DNA of 64,000 nucleotides, from the NCBI GenBank assembly GCA_001643675.2, contig LSRY02000025.1, positions 930,001 to 994,000 on the forward strand, given 5' to 3'. The translations under genes and the position numbers were made by a program. A model generated the notes under the pieces. It did not search any database, was not told where the DNA came from, and saw only the letters and a list, made by a program, of their open reading frames with translations. The number at the start of each line of letters is the position of its first letter. The first letter of the stretch is position 1. Positions 39,926 to 53,500 of the stretch are shown here, one piece after another. This DNA comes from Monocercomonoides exilis PA203. Its lineage: Eukaryota; Protista; Preaxostyla.

Positions 39926-40613
39926 GGTGTTAGAGGAAGATGAACCAGGAGCAGGCAAGAAAGAAGAGACGGATTTCATCGAAGGAGAAATAGAGGCAGA
40001 GCGGACGTGATTTGAAGGGCGAATAAATTCATTTGAAGAAGAAGAAGAAGAAGAGGAAGAAGAAGAGGAAGAGGAGGAAGAAGAAGTATTTGAAAGCGTT
40101 CTTTGATTCGAAGAGGCCAAAGAAGGCGACAGGGCAGTGGTGGCGTTGCTGGACACGAGAGCAGAGTTAGAGAACTGGTTGGCGAAGATCTGCTTTGGGG
40201 AGAGAGGGATTGAAGCAGGGGTGCTCTTGCGCTTGGAGAGAGTGGAAGACAAAAGAGGAGTCGGCGAAAGAGGACGCAGCTGCCGCTTCTTCTGCACTTG
40301 TGACGTGGTCTGCCGGTCTGTTTGGATGGTGCAGGAGGAAAGAGGTTCTGAAGAAGAAGAAGAAGAGGTGGTATTAGATGATTCAGTTGAAGAGGAGGAG
40401 GAGGAAGAAGAGGAAGGGAAAGAGGCAAGTGTAGAGCTGCGAAGGTGCTTAGGGTGACGGTTGCTGGATGTGGCAGAAGAAGAAGAAGAGGAGGAGGAGG
40501 AAGAAGAAGAAGATGATGATGAATTGTTGAGAGAAGACAATGGAAGTGCCAATGAACGCTGGTTGCTGGCTGATCCCGTGGCAGAGGAGAAGTTATTGTT
40601 TGAAGAAGAAGAA

Positions 40614-40645
<32 letters not shown>

Positions 40646-43600
40646 AGATAATGATGATGATGAAGAAGCACCTGGAATAGGAGAATTTGGTGAGAGACTG
40701 GAAGAATACAAAGAAGACTGGCTGTGAAATGACTGAGTTCTGCCAGCTGGCTGCTTTGCCCTCAGAACAGAACCAGGAGATGTCTTTCTCTCTCTCTGAG
40801 TGTTTGGCTCTGTGACAGAAGAAGGATAAGAAGAGGAAGAAGAAGAAGCTAAAGAGGAAGAAGAAGAGGATGTGATTCTGCCATCTCGTTGTGTTATGCT
40901 GCCTGCTTCAACACTGCCAAATGACTCTGTTCGAGCAGAAGGTGGACGAGAGGAGGAGAGAAAAGCAGAATCTGAAGAAGAAGAAGAAGAAGAAGAAGAA
41001 GAGAAAGGAGAAATAGAATTGCGATGTGAGGTCGAAGAAGAAGAAGAAGAGGAAGAGGAAGAATTAGAGAGAGAAGTGAGTGTGTGTCCAGTAGGTGCGA
41101 GTGGAAGGATGGGCGACGTGAAAGGGAGGGCTGTGCTGATTGAAGGGGAGACAGAGCCAATCAGAGGAGAAGGGATGAACGAGGCAGCAGCAGAAGAGTT
41201 GAGAAAAGGAGAGGAAGTGGAGAAGTTACGACGATGTGCTCCAAATGAAGAGGAAGAGGAAGAAGAAGAAGAAGAAGAAGAAGAAGAAGAGGAGGAGGAG
41301 GAGGAAGAAGAGGCAAAGGAAGAGGTGAGAGGAATGGAAGAGGCAGGGATGGAATAGAGGGGTGTGGTGGAAGGTGTGAGGGATGCGCCGAGTGGCGGAG
41401 GAGAAGCTGAACGAGGCCTTTTTGTGCTGAGGAGAGCAGATGAAGGTGAAAGTGCAGAAGAAGAAGAAGAAGAAGATGATGATGATGTGGAAGATAATAC
41501 ACCAAAAGACGAAGCAGGATTAGATATCAAAGAGGTTCCCACAAAAGAAGCAGCAGAAGAAGATGAAGAAGAAGAAGAGGAAGAATTTGAAGAAGAAGAA
41601 GAAGAGGGATAATTGTGAGATGTGTAGAAGCTGAATCCAGCAGTAGGCGTTTCCCGCAGATGCTGCGAGGCGCCTGCTCCAAAGCCAGTCACAACCAGCC
41701 CTCTGCTTTCTTCTCTTCCACTCTCATCTCCTCTGTCAAATACACCTGCTGCCTCCATTCCATCCAACCCCCTGCCCAGCACACCCCCATCTCCTTCTCT
41801 GCTTCTCCGCTCTCCTCTTTCCACATCTCCAAACCAGCTCCCCCGCCTCCCTCTTCCTCTCTGATCGCCCAGTGCTGAGTTCCTCGTGCTACTGAACGGG
41901 TCTGTTGTTGCTGCATTGCCTGCTCCATTTCCTCCTCCCCCTCCTCCTCCACTCCCACTCCCACCGCCACTCCCACTAACTCCTCCTCCTCCTCCACCTC
42001 CACCAGTGTTACATGCTCCTTCTCTGCTCTCCAGCCCTCTCTCTCCCATCCGCCTGGCCAGCCCCAGCGCCTCCTGAATGTCCTCATCCAGCTCATCTCC
42101 TGCCCAGCAGTGCCCAACAGACAGCGCAGACAAACAAGAAGAGCTGTCTGTCGTCATCGTCTCACTCCATTCTCCTCCTCCTCCACCACCACCACCACCT
42201 CCTTCTCCTTTTTGCCAGTGATGCTGCCTGCTCTGCTGCCTCTGAAACGAGTGGAACCTGCGCTGCTGCATTCCCAGCTGGTCAAACAGGCTCAGCGGGG
42301 CAGCACCCATCCGATCGCTTGCCTCCTCTTTCTCTCTTTCTCTTTCTCTTTCCCTTTCTCTCTCTGACTCGCCTCGCATGCTCTCTCCTTCTCCGCTGCG
42401 GTCGAGGTCGTTCTGCAGAATCTGCTCCTGCAGCTCGCCAAAGAGAGGGATGTCGCACAGCACAGGCAGTGACAGGGCATCTGGGGAGCTGAACACAAGT
42501 GTCGCAGATGTTGTGGTGAATGGTGTGTTAGAGGCAGAGGCAGAGGCAGAGGCAGAGGGTGAGGAATATGATGAATTAACTCCTGTTGATGATGCGTTTT
42601 GATATGATGATGAGGAGGAGGATGAGGAAGACGATGATGTTGACTGGTTGGAGTCACTTGAATTCATCTGGAGAGAGGAGTTATTCGAAAGAGAAGAAAA
42701 AGGAAGGCCGCTGAAAGCGCAGACGGACGAAGCTGTTTGCGGATTGAGTGCAGAAAGAGAAGGGGATGTCTTTCGCGAGGAGCTTGAGAACGACAGCTTG
42801 TACCCTCTTCTGTTAGACCCCAGGCGCGGCATGCCTCGCTTCTGCTGCTCGTCTGCTTCTTCTCTCTCAAACACGTCTGGCAGCTCGCTCGACCCCTCTC
42901 CGCCTCTCTCTTCGTCGTTGCTGCACTCACTCTCCTTCGCTGCTGCTGGCTGTGCGGTGGTGAGCTGGATTCCGCGGACACGCGGAAAGAGCGTCAGGTC
43001 TTCTATGCACAGCGCTGTGCACAGCAAATGCTCCAAATACGAATACTCCGGCTCAGCCTCAAACGGCAGCCCGCGCACATACGCCATCCCCGTGGAAAAC
43101 ACTGTTGGAAGCCCTTCACACACGATTTCGATCGGACAGCTGAGCTTAAAATCCCCGATCCGCTGATATCGAAGCTCTGCAGACGGAGCAGTTATCCCTT
43201 GCCAGGGCAAACTTCCCCTTGCAAGATAAACAAGCACATAAAAAAGAGATTCAAGATCGTCTCGACGGCTGTATTCCACCCCAAGATGCGTATTTATAGT
43301 GCAATAACGAGGTGTTCCAATTAATTCTTTTCCTGTTCGCATGGGAATGTGCTTCCCATTTCTGGGGTCAATATATCGCTTTGACAATCCATAATCAATT
43401 AGATAAACAACATTCTGTCTGTTCGTTGTACCAATTACAAAATTTTCAGGTTTAATATCACGATGAATGTAATTTCTTTCATGGATAAATTTCAATCTTC
43501 GAACAAGCTGCACTCCAATCATGTAAACAGTTCGAAGTGGAAAACTCCTCAAAATTGAAATGAATCGAGATAAAAAAATAAAAAAGCCAGTATTTCAAGG

Positions 43601-43934
43601 AGCATAAATGCAAAACAAACACAAACCTGTTTGCTCGGTGAAATAAAGTTTCAAGATTTGGTCCTAAAAGTTCCATAACAAGAACGTTGCAATCTCCATG
43701 CTCTCCAAAATAATGAACAGAAGGTATTCCAAGACCTCCTCTCAAATTTGAAAGTATTTTTGTTTCATACTCCAAGAGATGATGATCTGCTGCTTTCTTT
43801 TCAAATTTTATTGCAACAAATTTATTTGTTTGCAAGTCTAGCGCTCTATAAAGATAACCAAAACTACCTTTTCCAAGATAGCCACTTGTATCGATTTCGT
43901 AACGCTGATTGATGGTAATTTTTTGCGTGGTCAT
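38237..43934 (-). CDS. CK1: Casein kinase 1 with a very long Ser-rich C-terminal tail; intron 43626-43548; ~1,870 aa
   Basis: GKGSFG, VAIKFE, LVMELLGPNLE, HRDIKPENF, IDYGLSK, GTPRYCTINTHLG, SRRDDLES, LPWQG. Confidence 0.95.
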
Positions 43935-44161
43935 AATTAATACAGATAAAAATGATTACAAAATAACATCAACTCTCTTAATTCAGGAAAATTGCAATAA
44001 TCTATAAAACATTAACCCATATTCCCATCAATAATTTTTAGTTTTAAACTTATATAAAAATCTTTTGTATTCCAATTATTATTATAAAATAGTTAATGTT
44101 CAAAACAGACCAAAGAAGAGAAAGATTACAAAAATTACAACAATAAAATTTCTTATAAAAT

Positions 44162-46074
<1,913 letters not shown>

Positions 46075-46503
46075 TTTTTTTCAAAAAACAACAGATACCC
46101 ATATTAGATAAAAGTTCAAATACCACAATGATTTCAGAAAAACTTCAAAATGTTTTAAAAAAACTTTGAATATTGCTTCTGATTGTGTATTTCATTCAAT
46201 TATTATATTTCGCACAAAAACAACAAAACATTTACCTGAAATAAGGAAAGAGACATGAATAATTATGCAAAAAAGCCTCATTTTCTGAATAAAAGCTATG
46301 ATATATATTATTAATTAATTATATTTGAAATGAAAGATTTGAGGAACATCTTTTTTCAATAAATGATATTCCATCTTTCTTTTTAAAGAAGAGACTTAAA
46401 CAAAATAACACAAATCATGTTATTTTCTTCAGTGGATGTTTTTCAATTGTAAACATCAATTTTCAAAAAGACTGAACAAATACGGACTATTTTGTTCACA
46501 ACA

Positions 46504-46732
46504 CCCTAACAAATTTTACAGAATTTTAAAAAATTCTGTTTTCAACATTTGAGGTTGTTTTAGGGTAAGGGTTATCACATAAATCTCCTTTATAAAGCTG
46601 TTTTAGGTTGTAGGGTTGTGTCACGAATCTTCTTTTTAGGGTTTCGATGAGATAAATGAGTTTTTTATTAAACCAATTTTTTAGTGTTAGGGATATCAAT
46701 AAAAGAATAAATGAAAACAGGACCCTTTAGGG
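46504..46732. repeat. Cluster of TTAGGG-like motifs, partly within a degenerate ~44-bp direct repeat
   Basis: CCCTAA at 46504; TTAGGG at 46560, 46636, 46687 and 46727; variants TAAGGG, TTAGGT and GTAGGG. Confidence 0.65.
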
Positions 46733-47199
46733 TGCAGAAATAGCGCAATTGGGAAGGGCATAGGAAAAGGATGAGAAGGATGCAGATTCGATAACTCCAG
46801 CATTTTTTTTTAGAAAAAATTTACAAATATTATTGTCCGCATAAGTGCAATCTTGCCCAATTATATGCAACTGCGCATTAATATGACGATATCATTACTG
46901 TATTTATGTTGTGATTATAACGCAATTTCCGTAGAAATTAGGAAAACGAAAACTATAAAAACAACAGTAATTATAACAATAAAAGAGGAAAGAGGAAATA
47001 CATATTTCAATTATCAAAAATGAAGATCAAATTAACAGAATGTGTGAATGAATGGCTGAAATTTGTAAAAAATTGCTCCATCCAAAAACGAAGAAGAAAA
47101 GCTGAATAAGCACAGATAAATAATGAAGAGCAAAATAAGCAGAAACCGAACAAAATATAACAAATTAATCATTAAAGCTAATATACAAAAATGTAATTG

Positions 47200-47450
47200 T
47201 CGATGCCTCCAACCTCATGCACATTGAATACCCATTTGTGTTTGGCTTTCGTGCCATTCTTTGTCCAAGAAGGACGAGGGTGATGTTATGCGAATTGGCA
47301 AGGCCTGGCTCAGACAATCGATAATTGGTTGCTGGAGGGTTTCAGTGAAAGCCCTTGGTTGTCACAAGTCTGAGCAAGAATGCAGAAGCACATGGCAGTG
47401 CGACTCTGTCGTTGAGAATCGCCTGTTCTGCGAAAATGAGGCCAAGAAGA
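47200..47450 (+). ncRNA. Candidate structured RNA element of unknown class
   Basis: GC-richer non-coding island with several stems found by eye: CATTCTTTGTCC/GGACGAGGGTG, GCTCAGAC/GTCTGAGC, AGGGTTTC/GAAAGCCCT, GGCAG-GCGACTCT/AGAATCGC-CTGTT, GGCCT/AGGCC. Confidence 0.35.
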
Positions 47451-47597
47451 GTAAAATATGTGTGTTGTGCAAACAAATAAGCAAACTTTAGGGGGAAAAA
47501 ACAAACACAAAACAAACATCACTGGCGATGATCACCAGCGCAATAGCATTACTCTTCTTTCAAATACACATTCTTTTTTCTCATTTCTTTTTCATTC

Positions 47598-50500
47598 TCA
47601 GTTTTTGGTGTTGACCGTTGGCTGGGCTTCGTTGGCAGTGCTGCTGGCTGAGAAGGCCAAGGATGTTGTGCCTTGCCTGTGCCCGCCGGTCGAGTCTTCG
47701 AGGTCGGCTGCGTCTGTGAGGGTGAGGACAGCTGCGCCAGGCGGGAAGCGCCCGATGAACTCTCTTTTGAGCTGGACAAGGGAGGGGCGTGCACCAGGCG
47801 ACTGGGACACACAGCTCTTCACCAGAACAAAGAAGGAGGAGCACTGCACTGCCTCGAGTGCTGGCCGCTCTCCGTTCGCAATCTTCTGTCCGGCCACCTC
47901 TGCCTCATACTCCCCAAACGGGATCTGCAGCGTCAGGCACTCCCACAGCATCATCCCAATTGAGAATGAAACTGACTCCTTTGTCGCTCCCATCTTCTTG
48001 TTGATCAGCAGCTCAGGCGCCTTCCATCTCAAGCACTCTTTCCTGAAGTCATCCTCATCCTCAAACGCTGATGAAGGCAGAGAGTCACTTTCATTATCAT
48101 CACTGGCAGAAGTCACAACTGTTGATGAAGAAACGGATGAAGAATCTGAATCATCATCAGACAATAAGTCAGAGTGCATCACGATGCAGATGACCATGTG
48201 TTCGGAAAACAGCACAATGTGAGGGCTGAGATTGGAAAGAGATTGAAGAGGATTTTCCATTTCTTCAAACGAGTGAAGTGCCCCATTCGCCACCCAAAAC
48301 AGGATCTGGGCAGCTGTTTGCTCTCTTTGTTGAAGGCTCCCAATTGCCATCTCCTTCTTCTCATTTCTTCCATGCAACAGCATGAACAATGAATCCCTCA
48401 AATCCACAATCAGCTTCTCATGAGGAGAAGAGCAGGCCATTGCATCCACCAGATTCGACATGGACGAGGTGGTTGGACACAGATCCTCCCCTCGAACAAA
48501 TGTTGAATCTGAGTCTGTTGTTGAAGTGGATGAAATGGATGGAGAAGGAGATCTCTTTCTTGTCTCTTCTTCTTCATCCTTCTCCAATGCCCATTCAGGA
48601 ATCTTGTCCGAGTCTCTTCCCAGAATGTATTCAGTTGATCCACTCTCAGACAGAAGATGCTCTGATGACTCAGAATGTCCCAAGCTTTTCTCATACACCC
48701 TCTTCTTGATCCCCTCTTCGTTCTTCTTCTCTGCATCTCTCTCAGCTCTCCTCCACTGCTCCTCAGGTGACATTTCCATCGTCACCATCTCAAATGCCTT
48801 CGGATCTTTTCTGATATTATCATTCACAATCTCTCTCAGATCTTCAGCTTCATTCTTCACTTTTCTCCAACGAACAGTAGAAATCACAGCAATCATCAAA
48901 ACAACAAAAAGAACAATTGCCATAACAATTACAACCAGAATCCACCACAACTTCTTCTCATTTCCGCCTTCAACGATCCTTTCATCTCCTTTTTGTTCCG
49001 GCTCACTTCTATTCTTCAGAATGAATGACTGGGTTGATGAGGGAGAATCGGCATTCCCAAACAGAAGACATACACTCACCTCTTCTGATTCTTCTTCTGC
49101 TTCTGCTTCGGGCTCAATCTCTGAGGATAAAATGGCACACCATGCCTCGTGCTCATCCACAAACCCATCATCCCCAAACTCATGCCTCTCAATGTGCTGC
49201 TCAGAGCGGAGTGAGCGCACCAGCTGGCAGGAGAGGTTGCAGGGGAGCAGGAGCTCACCCACAAACCTGAGCTCGGCCTGCGTGCCTTTCACTTCCATCT
49301 GCACCTCTCGCAGCTCAGGGACAAACAAAGCAGATGGCCGATCTGAGGCCAAACCCTTCAGAGTGCACCCCTCATTCAGAATCCACAGCGATGAATTGTC
49401 TTTCCACCCGTCGCCTCCCTTCAGACTCACCACATCCACCACAGCAGAGCTTGTGCAGACAACATTTCTTCGAGCTGATGGATATTGCGGAAGGGAAGGC
49501 GTGTTGTTCACAAACATCCCCATGGTGATGTCAACATTCCCACGATCAATTGTTATACCCCCTTCTGCACAGTTTGTGATAATTGTGTCCTTCAAATGGC
49601 TAGTGCTGTTGAAAAGATAAATCAACGATCCATTCCAATGGCATGCATCTTCAAAGGCTGGATTATTGGAAATATTTGCATCATTTTGATATCCTTCAAA
49701 AAACGACGATTCGATGGAAACATTATTGGACATATCAATAATCTGTGTATTTGTGGAAGATGATGTCTGATTAGCAAATGAGCAGTTTGAGATTCGACAG
49801 AGAGTTGGAATGGGAGAAGATGATGACAGCAAGCATGCACCTGATGTCATTCGTTTGATCCCAGAGACATTCGAGTGAATTATCATAATAGAACTTTCAA
49901 GATTCTCCTCGTTCATTTTCGAAATGCTTTGCTCTTTTATTGAAATTAGAGAACTGTTTTTAACAGTGATATCTGAAGTGTTTATTTCTTTAATGATGAG
50001 ATTTGAGCCTTCACAAGCATCGATCAGTGAGCTTCCTAATGTCAATTCGTCAAACCCAACGGATTGCAGCTGAGCAATACAAGAACTCCTCGGCTCAAAC
50101 AACGGCCTTGAAGTGATCATGTGTTTCACACTTGTTCTGCTCATATCAAATGATCCTGATGCAATTGTGAACAACGATTGATTGATGCAAATTCTCTGAT
50201 CAGCACTAGAGAATAAACAGGATACAACAACCAATGATCCATTCATTTGGATGAATATGCTTTTGCACGTTGCGACAAATCCATATTGAAATAAAAATGA
50301 AACATATTCAAATTTCACAGTCCCAACACTTTCCAAAATACACACTGATCTTTGTGATTCTGAAATCTCCGTTCTCAGATGCACAACAGCATGCGTTGAA
50401 GGATTCAGACTCTTTATTGTCACACTGTTTGCAGTGCAAGTTTGTAATATGTCACATTCTCTGTCTATCAGAAGCTGACTGTATATTGAAGACACAATAT

Positions 50501-53500
50501 GAGTCAATCCATAACTCAAGGATTTGCATGGTGTTGTTGAGTTCCCACATGGCTTCACATCATTCCCCTCATCATTCACTCCACACACAAAAATCAGCTC
50601 GCTGCGGTACACAACAATAAGAGGAATGAGATCCACATCTTCAATTGGAAGTGTTTCATCCACACCCCAGATCGCATTAAACCTGTCATACGGTGGCTCA
50701 CGAAAGTCTAAATCAAATTGTTCTTCGCTGATTTGTTTGGAAATCGAAAAGCACTTCACAAACACGTCTCTTCCCATCAACGCCTTGTTATTTGATAACG
50801 TTATGTTTTTGAAATGGAATGAAATCATCTTGTTTTCCTTCGAAAGGCAATTCAAAAACACTCCACCTCCTTTTCCTGCAATGGCAGAGCAAGAAGAAAT
50901 CTTTGTATCGTTTATCTCAAATCTTCCTCCCTCCTCCATCTTCACATGCAACGCTCCTCCGTAATCACTAGTATCAGCTGCGCACACAATTAATGATGAA
51001 TTTGATAGCATAGTATTTGCATCATTGACCATTGTTGTTATCAAAATACAGGCGCTATTGACGCTTTGAGTTACACTACCAAATAAACAATGTTCAATGG
51101 TCAATGTCCCACCAGCTGAATCCGAAGACTGATGAAATTCAATAAAAGGCTTTGATATTTGAAGATTTTCAAATGAGCATGAATAAAGATTTAAATCTCC
51201 ATTTTTGACTGACAAAAGAATGAAAGACAATAGTTCCTCGCTTTGGAGATTGAATGAACATTCAGAAATGCTCAAGCATGATTCACTGTCCATTGTTTCC
51301 ATAAGAGCTTTCTGCAAATTGGTGAAAATTGGCGGCAATGAAAAGTTGATTGATGAAAATGATACAAGGCTTGCATATATTGCAACTCCAACAGAATTAG
51401 CCAATGTCTCATTCACAACCACTCTTGATGATGAGTTTTCCTGCTCTGATTTAACAGTGACATTGTCCATCGACACTTCTTCAAGAAGTGAGCTTCCCCC
51501 TGATATGAGAATATTTTTTGATCCCTCACCCTGTGTTCTGTTCAATCCAAAGTTCAACGAACTACAAGGAAAGTTTGGCTTTCCACAGGCGATGCTATTA
51601 ATTCCTCTTTCCCCATCAACGTGAATTGTTTCATTGAAATATCCAGTGACGAAAATAAAAAGATCTTCAGTATTGGAAAAATGAGTCCTATCAAAACCCA
51701 TCAGTGAATTCATTCGTTCGGAATGTTCAATATCCATGGCAAAGCTGAATGAAGTTGAATTGACTAAATCTGTGAGATCGCTGCAAACAATGAACATGTC
51801 TTTGCCAATCGCTGCCATGTTGTTGATAAAATGCAAATCCTCAAATTTTATCATATTCGCATTGTCCACACAGTTCAGAAAAAGGAACCCACCTCTTCCC
51901 GATGCATCACTTTCACATTCGCATCTGCTTGTTTCTGTTTTGTTTTCTGTGAGTGCACCTTTCTCTTGAATGGATATTCCCACAGCTCCTCCATCATTGC
52001 TATCTTTTGATGAAATAGTCATAAATGAGCACTGATTGATTAAAACTGGAGTATCGATTGTAGATGATAGAATACAAGCCATATTTGAACTGGAAGAGGT
52101 TATCCCTTCAAAGGAACAGGAACTCAATGTCAGTGATTGAGCTTCCTCATTTTCACTTGCATGATTGTTGTTTGTTCCTTCAGAAACAATTGAGATTAAT
52201 GTGCAACTTGTGAGTTTCACCGAAGAAAAAGAAAACATTCCGAGATCAGCAAGTGCTTTATCAGATATTATCGCAGGACTTGAACCAAAAGCCATTTGAG
52301 ACACTGTGCATTTCTCAACTTTAAGTGAACCTCCAAGAACAAGAAGAAGAGAAAATGTGATATCATCCTTAGTATTGTTTTCAAATGAGCAGTTCTTCAA
52401 AACAAGGTTCGAGTTTTCCTTGTCTGCGGAAGAAATTAGAGAAGATATTGAGACAGAAAAAATTGAAGGAATGTTGAAGCAGATTCTGTTAAACTCCAAA
52501 TTATTCTCATTCAACAGCATCACATCTGAACTTCCTGTCTCCACAATGGACTGAAATTCCAATTTCGCTGTTTCTTCGTCCTGTTTCGAGCGTATCATCA
52601 AACAAGACAAAATAAACTGGTCTTGGACGATAGTCGATCCATCAATCCTCAATTCCTTTTTTTCGTTTGTGGAATCAATTGCCAAGTTTTTGTATCCTCT
52701 CCAGAACGAATTGCAGGGAAATGCATCATCTCCACACCCCGAATAATCCTTTCCAGACTGACTTATTTCGATTTCTAATGATTGCCTTCGCAAGAAAAAA
52801 TAGGACAGATTCACTGGAGCATCTAGAAACACTGTGCTGTCAATCCCAAAGAAATCCAATTTGTCTCCATCGTCGTTTTTAATATTCACAATCCGACTTG
52901 TTGTCACTGATCCATTCAAGTCAACACATTGAATAAACATATCTTTTCCCCATTTTGCATCATTCCCTGACACATTCACTGAATCCAATTGAAAATTACT
53001 TGTCGAATTTTTACACAGAACCAAATATATTCCCCCACCATTTTCATTTGTTGTTCTCACCTTGCATTGCTTTAAAGACACGTTTTTTACGATAAATTCT
53101 ATGTCATCCACCAATATCACTTCCATAGCACCCCCATTCCCGGACTGCCGAGTCATTGTTGAGATGCACGTATCATTCACAACAAGATTTCCACATTGCT
53201 TTGTGATGAATGCATTCAAAGACTGACAGCCCTCAATATGGCACAAGTCAAGAGTCACTTTGCCTTTCTCTGAACTTATAAAAGGCTTTGAAAAGAACTG
53301 TTCTGCAGATGAAGTTTCGCAAGTTATTTGGCAAGAAGAAAGAACAAGAATCCCAGAACTTTCGCTCATCAGAAACAATGATGAACTTCTGCAGCATTCA
53401 TTCGAACCATCGTGAATAAACTTCATTTCCGATGCTTGAAGTCTTCCAGAACTTATTCTGAAAAGTGCTTCTTCTCCACTTTTCATCTCTGACTTTATGC

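Noticed and set aside
38382-43324. Plus-strand poly-Glu ORFs
   Set aside because: Antisense of the poly-Ser codons in the CK1 tail.
46500-46575. Telomerase RNA template or a true telomere
   Set aside because: Only ACCCTAAC and degenerate, non-tandem motifs are present, with genes on both sides.
47360-47440. Hammerhead ribozyme (CTGA...stem...GAAA) or H/ACA snoRNA
   Set aside because: The core reads CTGAGCAAGAAT rather than CUGANGA; no ANANNA hinge or terminal ACA.
48460-49620. 386-aa plus-strand ORF
   Set aside because: Codon-aligned antisense of the receptor stalk and tail.
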